Assembly (NCBI RefSeq): GCF_009914755.1
Contig: NC_060929.1
Reading direction: 5' to 3' (one strand)
DNA from: the human T2T-CHM13v2.0 reference genome, Homo sapiens
Length of the DNA: 64,000 nt
The notes under the pieces were generated by a model, which saw nothing but the letters and a program-made list of their open reading frames with translations, did not search any database and had not been told where the DNA came from. How positions within the stretch are numbered: the stretch's first letter is position 1; each line of letters starts with the position of its first letter. The position numbers were made by a program, and so were the translations under genes. This document shows, piece by piece, positions 25,251 to 39,020 of this stretch.

Positions 25251-25442
25251 GTATAGAAGACCTCTTTCAGTTGTCACTTTGTAAATATTTGCAGGTACAA
25301 GACATGAATGGTAAAGCAAATGTATTTAAGATTTTGTCACCCAAGCAGTTGTTTTGTAAGTTTTGTTGAGAATAATCAATAGTTGGGATAAAGTTTAATC
25401 AATACATACCCTGTGAGATATTACCACAACTTGGTCTCATAC

Positions 25443-25742
25443 TTTTTTTTTTTTTTTTTTTTTTTGAGACACAGGGTATTGCTCTGTCACCCAGTCTGGA
25501 CTGCAGCAGCAGGAACACGACTCATTGCAGCCTTTGCCTCCTGGGCTCAAGTGATCCTCCCAACTCAGCCTCTGAAGAAGCTGGGACCATAGGTGTATGC
25601 CACCCTAATTTTTGTATTTGCTTGTAGAGACAGTGTTTTGTCATGTTGCCCAGGCTGGTATTGAACTCCTGAGCTCAAATGATCCTCTCGCCTCGACCTT
25701 CCAAAGTGCTAAAATTACAGGTGTGAGCCAAAACGCCTGACC
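25443..25742 (-). mobile_element. AluJ
   Basis: Poly-T, then a diverged antisense Alu with J-type ctgggctcaagtgatcctcc. Confidence 0.9.
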
Positions 25743-26159
25743 CTGGACTCACCTTTAGCTTAACAAAAAGTCACGCACCTGAAGTATAGCTTAGATTCAC
25801 TTTACGAATTATGATTCCCTTTGTTAACATTGGGAATGCAATTTAATACACAAGCCATGCATTGAGAAAATAATCTTTCTAAAAAAAAGAAGGTATAATT
25901 TCTCACATAAAGTGAGTATTGTGCTTATGTGCTTAATAGGATGGACAGCACACATGGCACATAGATATTTGCGGATACTTTTTAACCTCCTGAATCAAAA
26001 CTTCCATCCAATGAAGCAAAATTAAGCTAAACCTCTGCACATGCAATTATAATGTTTCTTCCTGGTATTTATGACTCTAAGTAAGTGAGATATCAGAAAT
26101 TGCATTAATCTTGAGTTCTAGAAATGCTACAAAACCTTATTAGAATTTTTTTATTCAGA

Positions 26160-26370
26160 ACCAGCCTGACCAACATGGCCAAACTCTGTCTCTACTAAAA
26201 ATCCAAAAATTAGCCAAGCATGGTGGCACATGCCTGTAGTCCCAGATACTTGGAAGACTGAGGCAGGAGAATCCCTTGAACTCTGGAGGAGGTGGTTGCA
26301 GTGAGCCAAGATCACACCACTGCAGTCCAGGCTGGGCAAGAAGAGCATAACTTCATCTCAAAAAAAAAAA
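26160..26370 (+). mobile_element. 5'-truncated AluS
   Basis: ccagcctgaccaacatgg...ctgggcaagaagagc followed by an A tail. Confidence 0.9.
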
Positions 26371-26678
26371 CAATTTTTTTTTTTGTAAAATTCGCATGAA
26401 ATACATAAGCTATTTGGATGTTATTCCCCTGTTAGTAGATCTATAGAGTATCACTAAGCTAGGGCTAAGGTACTTATTCTAATTATGCACACCTTCCCAG
26501 AACACAGGTTCCCTTCCTGGGGCTAAGCCTGGTTTGGTCACAAGATGGTGACATTAGGCTGTTAGATAAACTTTAACCAGAAATGGAAGATTTTTAGAGG
26601 TCTTCTATATCTTTAATGAAACATGAAAAAGTGACCACATTCTTGTCCAGTGTCAATTATTAATTAATAATTTAATTA

Positions 26679-26935
26679 TTTTAGACTTCAGGTTGAATCT
26701 AAGGGGGAAAAAAAGCAACTTTGTGGTATGTCAAGTTAACACTTTGGAACAATCAACAAGCACATGTGTCCAAAGAGTTACTATAATGGAGGAAATGTTC
26801 AAATAGATCCAAAATCTACTCTAATATAACTGTGACACAACATTATAACACCCTTATTGTATATTCACTTTATCCTGTGTGAAATAAGCATCAAAATTGT
26901 ACTTATACCAAATGGTACTTCAGACGTTGTATGAC
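26679..26935 (+). repeat. Old local duplication, copy 2
   Basis: Same blocks at an offset of about 2.48 kb; ends at the L1PB1 insertion site. Confidence 0.8.
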
Positions 26936-26937
26936 TA

Positions 26938-29900
26938 GAGCCAGGGAAAATGGCGGAGAGGAGGCAGGACTAACTTGCAGCTCCCACATGGACCAACAGA
27001 GCAGCATGTGGAGACCCACACTGTGAACTTTTGCTCCAAGAACTACCACAGGAACATACCAGGAAAGCCAAGAGAATCCACAGACCCTTTGAAAGAGGTG
27101 GACTGCAGCTGCAGGCTCCATGGGATAGCTGAGGAATTGTGAGTTGGCTTGCTTTCTCAGCTGGGAGGCTTGTAGTCTGGGGCAAGTTCTTAGCTGTTAC
27201 CAGCTTCCTGGAAATAAACTTGGTGATGTTGGGTGGGACATGAGGGGAGTGAGACCAGCTGTTTGGGCTGTGGGCTGCATGGGAACAAGGTAAGGCCTGG
27301 GGCTGCCGGCTCTTCCCCCACTTCCCTGGTGAGCTATGTGATGCAGCAGAGAAAGCCATAATCCCCCTGGGAATATAACTCCATTGGCCTGGGAACCACA
27401 TCCCCATCCTCCACAGCAGCCACAGCAAGACCTGCCAAAGTCTGAGCTCAGAAAAGCCTAACAGTGCCCCCATCTGATGGTCTTTCTGTACCTACCCTGG
27501 TAGCCCAGGACAAAGTACATAATCTCTTGGGAGCCGTATGGCTCTGTTGACTGCCTGATCCTCCCTATACAATCGCAACTGATGTGCTCTTGAAAGCACC
27601 ACCTCCTGGCTGGAGGCCAACCAACACAAAACCAGCACACTTAACAAAAATGCAACCAAGGACCCTCACAGAGTCTACTTCACTCCCCTGCTACCTATAA
27701 TGGAGTAGGTGCTGGTATCCACAGCTGAGAGACCTGAAGATGGGTTACATGACAGGACTTTTTGAAGACACTCCCCAGTATCAGCCCAGAGCCTGGTAGC
27801 TCCACTGGGTGGCTAGAGCTAGAGGAGAAATAACAATAATTGAAGTTTGACTCTCAGGCAGCCCCATCCCTAGAGGAAAGGGAAGAACACCACATCAAGG
27901 AAACATCCTGTGGGAGAAAAGAATCTGAACAACAGCCTGAGTCACACATCTTCCCTCTGACATAGTCTACCCAAATGAGAAGAGACCAGAAAAATAATTC
28001 TGATAACATGGCAAAATAAGGTTCTTTAACATCCCAAAAAGATCACACTAGATTATCAGCAATGGATCCAAACCAAGACTAAATCTCTGAATTGCCAGAA
28101 AAAGATTTCAGAAGATTGATTATTAAGGCAATCAAGGAAGCACTAGAGAAAGGTGAAGTTCAACTTAAAGAAATCCAAAATAATGATACAGGATATGAAT
28201 GGAAAAATCTCCAGTGAATAGACGGCATAAATAAAAAACAATCACAACTTCTGGAAATCAATGACATACTTAGGGAAATGCAAAATGCACTGGAAAGTCT
28301 CAGCAATGGAATTGAACAAATAGAAGAAAAAACTTTAGAACTTGAAGACAAGGCTTTCAAATTAATCCAATCCAACTAAGAAAAAGAAAAAAAAAATTTA
28401 AAAAACGAGCAAAGCCTCCAAGAAGTTTGGAATTATATTAAATGAACAAACATAAAAACAATTGGTGCTCCCAAGGAAGAAGAGAAATATAGGAGTTTGG
28501 AAAACACATTTGAGGGAATAATTGCAGAAAACTTCCCCAGCTTTCTTAGAGATCTAGACATTCAAATACAAGAAGCTCAAAGAACACCTGGGAAATTAAT
28601 CACAAAAAGATAATCTCCTAGGCACATAGTCATCAGGTTATCTAATGTCAAGATGAAGGAAAGAATCTTAAGAAATGTGTGGAAAAACAAACAAACAAAA
28701 ACACCAGGTAATCTATAAAGGAAAACGTATCAGATTAACAGATTTCTCAGGAGAAATCCTACAAGCTAGAAGAAATTGAGGTCCTATCATTAACCTGCTT
28801 GAACAAAACACTTCTCAGTCAAGAATTTTTTATCCAGCAAAACTAAGTTTCATAAATGAAGGGAAAATACAGTCTTTTTCAGACAAACAAATGCTGAGAG
28901 AATTTACCACTACCAAGCCAGCACTACAAGAACTGCTAAAAGGAGATCTAAATATTGAAACAAATTCTCAAAATACAACAAAATAGAATCTCCTTAAAGC
29001 ATAAATTTCAAATGACCTATAAAACAACAACACAATGAAATAAACCAAGGTATTCAGGCAAAAGATAGTATAATGAATATAATAGTACCTTACATCTCAA
29101 TACTAACATTGAATGTAAATGGCCGAAATGCTGCACTTAAAAGATACAGAATGGCAGAGTGCATAAAAACTCACCAACCAAGTATCTGCTGTCTTCAAGA
29201 GACTCACCTGACACAGGACTAATATACTTAAAATAAAGGGGTGGAAACAGATATTTCATGAAAATGGACACCAAAGGCAAGCAGGAGTAGCTATTCTTAT
29301 ATCAGAGAAGATGAACTTTAAAGCAACAGCAGTTAAAAAAGACAGAGGGACTTTATGTAATGATAAAAGAACTAGTCCAACAGAAAAAAAAATTCACAAT
29401 TCTACATATACATGCACCTAACACTGCAGATCCCAAATTTGTTAAATATAAAACAGTTACTACTAAACCAAAGAAATGAGATAGACAGCAACACAGCAAT
29501 AGTGGAGGACTTCAATATTCCACTGACAGCACTAGACAGGTCATGAAGACAGAAAGTCAACAAAGAAACAATAGACTTAAATTATATCCTAGAACAAATG
29601 GACTTAACAGATCTTTAAAGAACATTCTACCCATCAACTGCAGAATATTCATTCTATTCATCAGCACATGGAACATTCTCCAAGAGAGACAATATGATAG
29701 GCCACAGTACAATTCTCAACAAATTTAAGAAAATCAAAATTATATCAAGTACTCTCTCAAACCATATTGGAATAAAATTGAAAATCAACTCTAAAATGAA
29801 CCCTCAAAACCATGCAAATACATGGAAATTAAACAACCTGCTTCTGAATGATCATTGAGACAACAATGAAATGAAAATGGAAATTAAAAAATTTTTTGAA

Positions 29901-32900
29901 CTGAATGACAATAGTGACATGACCTATCAAAACCTCTGGGATACAGCAAAAGTGGTGCCAAGTGGAAAGTTCACAGCATTAAATGCCTACATCAAAAAGT
30001 CTGAAAGGGTACAAATAGACAATCTAAGGTAACATGTCAAGGAAGTAGAGAAACAAGAACAAACCACACCCAAACACAGGAGAAGAAAATAAATAACGAA
30101 ATCAGAGCAGAACTAAGTGAAATTGAAACAAAAAACATACAATACAATAGATAAATGAAACAAAAAGTTAATTCTTTAAAAAGATAAATAAAAATGATAG
30201 ATCATTAGTGAGATTAACTAAAAAGAGAAGCAAGATCCAAAAAAGCTCAATTAGAAATAAAACAGGAGATAGTAGAACTGATACCACAGACATACAAAAG
30301 AGCATTCTAGGCTATTATGAACAACTTTATGCACATAAAATAGAAAACCAAGAGTAGATGGATAAATTCCTGGAAATATACAACCCTCCTAGATTAAACA
30401 AGGAAAAAAATATAAACTCTGAACAGACAAATAACAAGCAGTGAGATTGACAGGGTAATTAAAAAGTTACCAACAACAAAAAAAAGTCCAGGACCAGACA
30501 GATTCATGGCTGAATTATATTAGACATTCAAGCAAAAATTGGTACCAATCCTATTGACACTATTCCACAAGACAGAGAAGGAGAAAATCTTCCCTAAGTG
30601 ATTCCATGAAGCCAGTATCATTCTAATACTAAAACCAAAAGGGGACATAACAAAAAAAGAATACTACAGACCAATACACAGACCCGGATGAACATATATG
30701 CATCAGACCCTTATGAACACGATCTAGGACAGTTGTATATTTCCAGGAATGTATCCATCTCCTCTTGGTTTTCTAGTTTACTATGAACAAAGTTGTTCAC
30801 AGTAGCCTAGAGTTCTCTTTTGTATGTCTGTGGTATCAGTTGTAATATCTCCTGTTGCATTTCTAATTGAGCTTGTTTGGATCTTCTTGCTTCTCTTCTT
30901 GGTTAATCTCACTAATGTTCTATCATTTTTATTTATCTTTTTAAAGAACTAGCTTTTTGTTTCATTTATCTATTGTACTGTGTGTTTTTTGTTTCAATTT
31001 AATTTAGTTCTGCTCAGATCTTTGTTATTTCTTTTCTTCAGCTGTGTTACAGACCCTGATGAACATATATGAAAAAATCTTCAACAAAATACTGTCTAAC
31101 AGAATTTGACAGCATATCAAAAAGATAATCCACCATGATCGAGTAGGTTTCATAGCAGGGATGCAGGTATGGTTTAATATCCACGAGTCAATAAATGTGG
31201 TACACCACATAAACAGAATTAAAAATAAAAATCACATGATTATCTCAATAGATGCAGTAAAAGCTTTTGAACAAAATCCAGCATCCTTTTATGGTTAAAA
31301 CACTCATCAAAAACACCAAAGAAGGGGCATACCTTAAGGTAATAAAAGCCATCTATGACAAACCCACAGCCAACAGGGTAAAGTTAAAAGCATTCCCCCT
31401 GAGAATTGGAACAAGTCAAGGATGTTTACTCTTAACACTTCTCTTCAAGTAGCAGAAGTCCTAGCCAGAGCAGTCAAACGAGAGAAAGAAATAAAGGACA
31501 TCCAATTGATAATGATGAAGTCAGATTGTTGCTGTTTGGTGATGACATGATCCTATACCTAGAAAATCCTAAAGACTCATGCAAAAAGCTCCTAGAACTG
31601 GTAAATGAATTAAGAAAAGTTTCAGGATACAAAAATAATGTGCACAAATCAGTAGCTCTGCTATACACTAATAGTGACCAAGCTGAAAATCAAATCAGGA
31701 ACTCAACCCCTTTATAATAGTTGCAAAAACAAAAAAAAAAAAAACTCAGGAATATATTTAACCAAGAAGAAGAAAAACCTCTACAAGGAAAACTACAAAA
31801 CACTGCTGAAATACATCATAGACAACATAAACAAATGGAAACATATCCCATGCTCATAGATGGAGTCAATCAATATTGTAAAAATGGCCATACTGCCAAA
31901 AGCAATCTACAAATTCAATGCAGTTCTTAACAAAATACCACCATCATTCTTCACAAAACTAGAAAAAAAATCCTAAAATTCATATGGAACCAAAAGAGAG
32001 CCTGCATAGCCAAAGCAAGACTAAGCAAAAAGAACAAATTCTGGAGGCATCACATTACCTGACTTCAAATTATATTATAAGGCCATAGTCACCAAAACAG
32101 CATGGTACTGGTATAAAAAATAGGCACATAGACCAAAGGAACAAAATAGATAACCCAGAAATAAAGCCAAATACAGCCAACTGATCTTTGACAAAGCAAA
32201 CAGAAATGTAAAGTGGGAAAAAGATACCCAGTTCAACAAATTGTACTGGGATAACTGGCAAGCCACAGGTAGAAGAATGAAACTGGATCCTCATTTCTCA
32301 CCCTTATACAAAACTCACCTCAAGATGGATCAAAGACTTAAATCTAAAACCTGAAACCATAAAATTTCTAGAAGATAACATTGGAAAAGTCCTTCTAGAA
32401 AATGGCTTAGACAAAGACTTCATGACCAAGAATCAAAAAGCAAACACAACAAAAACAAAGATAAATAGATGGAACTTAATTAAAGTAAAAAGGTTCTGCA
32501 CAGTAAAAGAAATAATCAGTAGAGTAAACAGACAACCCACTGAGTGGGGGAAAATCTTCACAATCTATACATCTGATAAAGGACTAATATCCAGAATCTA
32601 CAAGGAACTTAAACAAATCAGCAAGAAAAAAAAATCCCATCAAAAAGTGGGCTAAGGACAGTAATAGATAATTCTCAAAAGAAGATATTCCAAATGGCCA
32701 ATAAACAGATGAAAAAAATTCAACATCACGAATTATCAGGGAACTGCAAATCAAAATCACAATGTGATACCACCTCACTTCTACAAGAATGGCCACAATC
32801 AAAAAATCAATAAATAATAGATGTTGGCATGGATGTGGTGAAAAGGGAGCACTTTTACATTGTTGGTGGGAGTGCAAACTAGTACAACCACTACGGAAAA

Positions 32901-33497
32901 CAGTGTGGAGATTCCTTACAGAACTAAAAGTACATCTATCATTTGAAACAGCAATCCCACTCCTGGGTATCTACCCATAGGAAAAGAAGGCATTATACAA
33001 AAAAGATACCTGCGAAGGTATGTTTATAGCAGCACAATTCATAATTGCAAAAATAGGGAACCAGCCCAAATGCCCATCCGTCAATGTAGGGATAAAGAAA
33101 ATGTGGTATACATAAACCATGGAATACTAGTCAGCCACAAAAATGAATGAAATAATGGCATTTGCAACAGCATGGATGGAATTGGAAACCATTATTCTAA
33201 GTTCAATAACTCGGGAATGGAAAACCAAACATTGTATTTTCTCACTCATAAGTGGGAGCTAAGCTATGAGGATGCAAAGGCACAAGAATGATACAATGGA
33301 CTTTGGGGACTTGGGGGAAAGGGTGTGAGGGTGAGGAATAAACACTACACATTGGGTTCAGTGTATACTGATCAGGTGATGGGTGCACCAAAATATTAAA
33401 AATCACCACTAAATAACATATTCATGTAACCAAACATCACTTGTTCCCCAAAAACCTATTGAATTTTTTTTAAATAGGCCAAAACAGAAAACAAGTA
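26938..33497 (+). mobile_element. Full-length L1PB1-like element (5'UTR, disrupted ORF1 from ~27976 and ORF2 from ~29073, 3'UTR)
   Basis: L1PB-type 5' end and 3' end (gggagctaagctatgaggatgcaaagg...). RT-motif remnant [10 protein letters not shown] in ORF 31526. TSD gttgtatgacta at 26926-26937 and 33498-33509. Many stops and frameshifts. Confidence 0.92.
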
Positions 33498-35089
33498 GTT
33501 GTATGACTAAATGTGTTATAATTATGTTTGGCCTAGGGGAAAAAATCATTTTATATCAGATAATATCTTTAGCTATGTGCTTTTGGACCATTCAGCCTTC
33601 AAAGTCTAAAGATATGTTCATCTATGAAAGAATAGAGTTGTCTTAGTCATCTTTATGTCCCCCTGAGTTCTCAAGTATCATGTGTTTATGACATTGAACA
33701 ATAAACCATTAATCAATCTCAGTGTTCTAATATCAGCAATATATAATGTGATACAATTTCAAAATACAGGTTGTAGACAAAGACTTTTGATTTTAAGCAA
33801 GAATTTGCTTTCTGTCTGTCTCTACTGGATTTGCATTAAATGTCCATAATGGACTGTTTCCTTTGGATCAGAACACAATGGCTGAGTGTTTTTGATGATA
33901 CACTGAGGATTGCCATGAAGAGAACACTGAAATAATTTTATGTTATCAATAAGGAAAACTTTTACAACTAAATTTGGTCTATGAAAAAGGTTCTTGTATA
34001 TTAGATACCTTTAACATGAACACAGTTTAAAACATATTTACTGGTTATTTTTCATCTTTGTTTTCAAAAGTTTAAATCCTGCATTCAAACTCTTAATAAT
34101 TTCTTTTCACTTTCCCTCTTGAACTTTGCCAAAAGGCCTTATCATTATTTTAAAATCTCTCTCTTTTTTTTGCTGTTATAACATCCAAAATAATTTGGTA
34201 TTTCTAATCCAACTCATCATCAATTATGTGAAAATTTCAAAAGTAGAGAAGAAAGCAAACAAAAAACAAAAAGAAGTGAATGCTTCCAGTGTATTCACTG
34301 TACCATTATTTACCAATAAATTCACCTCACCAAGGTCACAATAAATCTCTGGATAGGCTGAGAAAATACTTTTAATACTTTGCATCCATTTCTTTAAAAT
34401 TATCCCTTATGTTGCAAAAATATTTTAAAATCTGGCTAAGTTTCCAATATGTTCACAATACATTTGGGCTATAGTTTATTTTATAGGTAGTGCCATCATA
34501 AGCATTTGAAACAATTATGCGAAATATTTAATCATTTATTTCCTTAAAGTTATCATTCAAAGAAAACATTCAAATTCTCAACAAGAAGTAAATGCATAGA
34601 TAAATTCAGGTTATAAATCAAGATGCAAAAGAAGGAAAGATGGGGCATATACTCATTCACATAATTCAGCTGCTAAAGCTTTTCATCATATAAGAAATGT
34701 TGATTCAGGGACTCCAACTTTTTTTATACTAAATCAAGTAATGTACATCTTTAACTACAATACGGAGAAACTATAAAATTAAGAGCAAGTTTATTACTAA
34801 GATGCTAAAGTTAAAAAAAGACTTGCCAGTTAGCATCCCCTTTTCTAATGTGTGGAGTAAACCCATAAAAGGGAAGGCCCCAGGTAATGGCATTTGCTTA
34901 ATGGCTCTCTGAGCATTTATAATATACATTTGTTTCTAATTTTTGATACTTGACTTTTGTAAATGTAGTCATTTTGTTTGTTTGTTTTTATTTTTTATTA
35001 GTTATAGTATAATAGGGAGCATATTGGGCTACAAAAAGAAAGTTTTCAGAGTAAAGCAAAATTGGATTTGCATTAAAATGTCATGTTAT

Positions 35090-35250
35090 CACTGAAAACA
35101 GAATCAAGTTAGTTAATTTTTTGAACTTTAGTTTCTTCATCTATAGAATGGAATCAATAATACAGACAGTTTCAGTGTTGTGAAACAGTTTATGGAATGA
35201 TATATAAGGTCCATGGCCAACAGACAGAAGACAATGAATGGTAACAATTT
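35090..35250 (+). mobile_element. MIR
   Basis: caagttagttaatt...agtttcttcatctatagaatggaatcaataata. Confidence 0.6.
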
Positions 35251-35459
35251 AACAGTCATGTGTCATAAAGCTACATTCCCAAAAGCTCTCTAGCTTCTTG
35301 TTTTCAACATGGGATTGCTCATCTCTCAGTAGCTAATCTGTGAAATTCCTGAATTCTATTTGTAATTTGTGAGCAAATGGTGTAGCCTGTTTAAATGAAA
35401 GGCTTCACTGCTGGTAAACAGCCAGGCTCTAATTTTATTTTTTCAAAAAGGTGATGATT

Positions 35460-38400
35460 GGAGAAGAAGGTGGAGCAAGATAGCAGTATAGAACCCTACA
35501 AAGATTGTCAACCCTGCAGGAACACTGAATTGAAGAACTTTCCATGAAACACCTTCATAAGGACTAAAAATCAGGTGACTGATCACAGTACTTGGTATTA
35601 ACACTATATTAATGAATGGGGCACTGAAGAGCACAGGAAAGACAGCCTTGAATGGCTTACACAACCCCTCCCTCATACCCTGGTAGTGGCAGCAGAGCAC
35701 AAAGAGAGAATCTGTGCACTTTGGGGAGGGAGAACACAATGATTATGAGACTTTGCATTGGAAGTCACTACTTCCTTGTTATGGCAGAAAGCAAAAAGTG
35801 ACAGAACACATCCTGCAACCTATGGAGTAAGCCTTTAGACCAGCACAGGCTAGAGAGAAATAACTCAACCCAGTGGTCAAAACCTGAGTTCTGGCTAGCC
35901 CCACCACTGTGGGCTAAAGCACTCCAGGGTCCTTAATGAACTTGAAAGGCAGTCTGGGCCAGAAGGACTGTAATTCCTGAGTAAGCCTTGGTGATGTGCT
36001 GGGCTTGGAGCCAGTGGATCTGGAGTGCAGGTGACATAGTGAGAAGCCAGCTGGCGTGGTCAAGGGAGTGCTTCTGCCACTCCTCCCCCAACCGCAGGCA
36101 GTGCAGCTTGCAGCTCTGGGAGAGATCCCTTCCTTCCACTTGAGTAGAAGTGAGGAAGGAGTAAAAAGGACTTCATCTTGCAACTTGGATACAAGTTCAG
36201 CCACAGTAGAATAGGGCAGCAGACAGAATCCTGAGGCCCTAGCTCTCAGACAACATTTTTAGATACACCTGGGCCAGAAGGGAACCTGCTGCCTTGAAGG
36301 GAAGAACCCAGTCCTGGTGGAATTCATGACCTCCTTACTAAAGATCCCTTGGACCTTGAGTAAGCATCAACTGTAGCCAGACATTACTCATCGTGGGCTT
36401 TTGATGAGAATGAGACTCAGGTGTAACCCAGGGTATTAACAGATATGGTGGCTATGGGGAGAGACTCTTCCTGCTCAAGGACGGGAAAGGGAAGTATAAA
36501 GGGGAGTTTGTCTTGCAGCTTGGATACCAGCTTGACCACAGAGGGGTGGAGCATCAAGCAGGCTCCTGGGGTCCCTGATTCCAGGCGTTGGCTCAGAGGA
36601 GAGAAGTTCTAAACCTGCCCTGGGCTAGAGTGGAGCTAACTGCCCTGAAGGAAGAGACTCAGTCCAGGCAGTGTTCAGCACAAGCTGACAGAAGAGCCCA
36701 TGGGCCTTGAGTGAAGATGGGTGGTATCCAGGCAGTACATACCACATGGGGAGAAACTCCTGCTTGAGAAAAGAAGAGGGAAGAGCGGGAAGAACTTTGT
36801 CTTGTGGCTGGGGTGTCAGCTCAGCCACAGTAGAATAGAGCACCAAGTAGATTCCTAAGGTTCTCGAATCCAGGCTGTGGCTCCTGGACAGCATTTCTAG
36901 ACCTGCCCTGGGCTGTGGAACATGAGAGGCAACATCGAGGGGAAGGACACAATCCTGGCTGGATTCACTCCTTGCTAACTGAAGAGCCCTGGGCCTTAAG
37001 GGAATATCAGTAGTAGCCAGGCATTAGTAATCAATGGTCTTGGGTGAGATCCAGTGATATGTTCATTTCAGTTATGACCCAGTGCAGTCTTGGTATTGGT
37101 GGCTACAGTGATGCTTATGTCACTCCTCTGCTGAGCTCCAGGCAGATCAACATGGACAGAGAAACTCCATTTGTTTAGGGGAATGTAAGGGAAGAGAACA
37201 AGAGTCTTTGCCTAGTAATCCAGGGAATTATCTTAGATTTTACCCAAGACCACTACAGCAGTACCTCCACAAGTCTTCAGAGTCACAGCATTACTGGGCT
37301 TGGGGTACCCCCTAATGCAGATATAGCTGCAATGACCAAAGACTTAGATAATAACACCCAATTAATCCCCTTTGAGTACTTGGAAGAGTCCCCAAGAATG
37401 ACAGGCACAAATAAGCCCAGTCTGCAATAACTACAATAAATGACTCTTCAGTGGTGCTGGGAAAACTGCATATCCATATACACATAATTGAAACCAGACC
37501 CCCATCTCTAGCTATATGCAAAAATCAATTCAAAATGTATTAAAACTTAAGTCTATGAACTCACACTGTGAAACTGAAGAGAGTACGTTGGGAAAACTCT
37601 GCTGGACATTCATCTGAACAAAGATTTCTTGAGTAATATGCTGCAAGCACAGTCAACCAAATAAAAAATAGATAAATGGGATCACATCGAGTTAAAAAGC
37701 TTCTGCACATCAAAGAAAACAATCAACAATGGAAAGCGACAACCCACAAAATGAAAGAAAATATTTTCAGATTATCCATATGACCAGGGATTAATAACCG
37801 GAATATAATTGAAGCTCAAACAAATCTATAGAAAAAAAAAATCTAATAATCTGAATAAAAAATGGGCAAAATATCTGAATAGACATTTCTCAAAAGATGA
37901 CATACAAATAGCAAACAGACATATAAAAAGGTGCTTAACATCACTGATCATCATAGAAATGCCTATCAAAACTACAATGAGAAATCATCTCACCCCAGTT
38001 AAAATGGCTTATATCAAAATTACAGGCAATAACAAATGATGGCAAAGGATGTGGAGAAAAGGGAACCCCCATATCCTGTTGGTGGGAACGTAAATTAGTA
38101 CAACCACTATGGAGAACAGTTTGACAGTTTCTTAAAAGCTAAACATAGAGCTCCCTATGATGCAGCAATCCTGCTGCTATGTTTATATGAAAAAGAAAAT
38201 GTATTAGTCCGTTTTTATGCTGCTGATAAAGACATACTTGAAACTGGGTAATTTATAAAGAAAAAGAGGTTTAATGGATTCACACGTGGCTGGGGAGGCC
38301 TCACAATCATGGTGGAAGGCAAAAGGCACGTCTTGCGTGGGGGCAGACAAGAAAGAATGAGAGCCAAGTGAAAGGTGAAACCCCTTATAAAACCATCATA

Positions 38401-39020
38401 TCTTGTGAGACTTATTCACTACCACGAGAACACTATGGGGGAAACCGCCCCCACGATTCAATTATCTCCCACCAGGTCCCTATCACAACACGTGGGAATT
38501 ATGGGAGATACAATTCAAGATGAGACTTGGGTGAGGACACAGCCAAACCATATCAGAAAGGAAACCAGTACACTGAAGAGATATCTGCACTCCATATTCA
38601 CTGCAGCACTAATCACAACAGCCAAGATTTGAAAGCAACCTAAGTGTCCATCAATAGATGAATGGATAAAGAAAATGTGGTACATATGCACAATACAGTA
38701 ATTCAGCCATAAAATAGAATAAGATTCTATCATTTGCAACATAGATAGAACTGCAGGACATTATGTTAAGTGAAATAAGCCAGGCACAGAAAGACAAACT
38801 TCACATGTTGTTACTCATATGTAGGAGCTAAAATTAGAACAATTGAACCCAAGGAGATAGGGGGTAGAATAATGGTTGTCAGAGGCTAGGAAGGGTAGTG
38901 GTGGTGGGGCAGGTAATTGGGGATGATTACTGGGTAAAAAATGTAGTTAGAAGGAACAACAGCTAGTATTTGATAGCCTGACATGGTGACTACACTAGAT
39001 AATAATTTATTTTACATTTT
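35460..39020 (+). mobile_element. L1MA-type element: ~2 kb 5'UTR joined at ~37447 directly to the ORF2 3' end; contains a THE1 solo LTR
   Basis: 5' end ggtggagcaagatagcag; repeated 5'UTR units; then ggtgctgggaaaactg (late ORF2) through an L1MA 3'UTR. Confidence 0.82.
38200..38555 (-). mobile_element. THE1 solo LTR inserted in the L1MA
   Basis: tgtattagtcc...ccaaaccatatca with 5-bp TSD gaaaa/gaaag. Confidence 0.92.

Noticed and set aside
27976-33260. L1PB1 ORF1/ORF2 as an active retrotransposon
   Set aside because: Numerous stops, frameshifts and an inverted insertion.
36170-37060. Three ~300-bp diverged tandem units
   Set aside because: Internal repeats of the L1MA-type 5'UTR, not a separate array.
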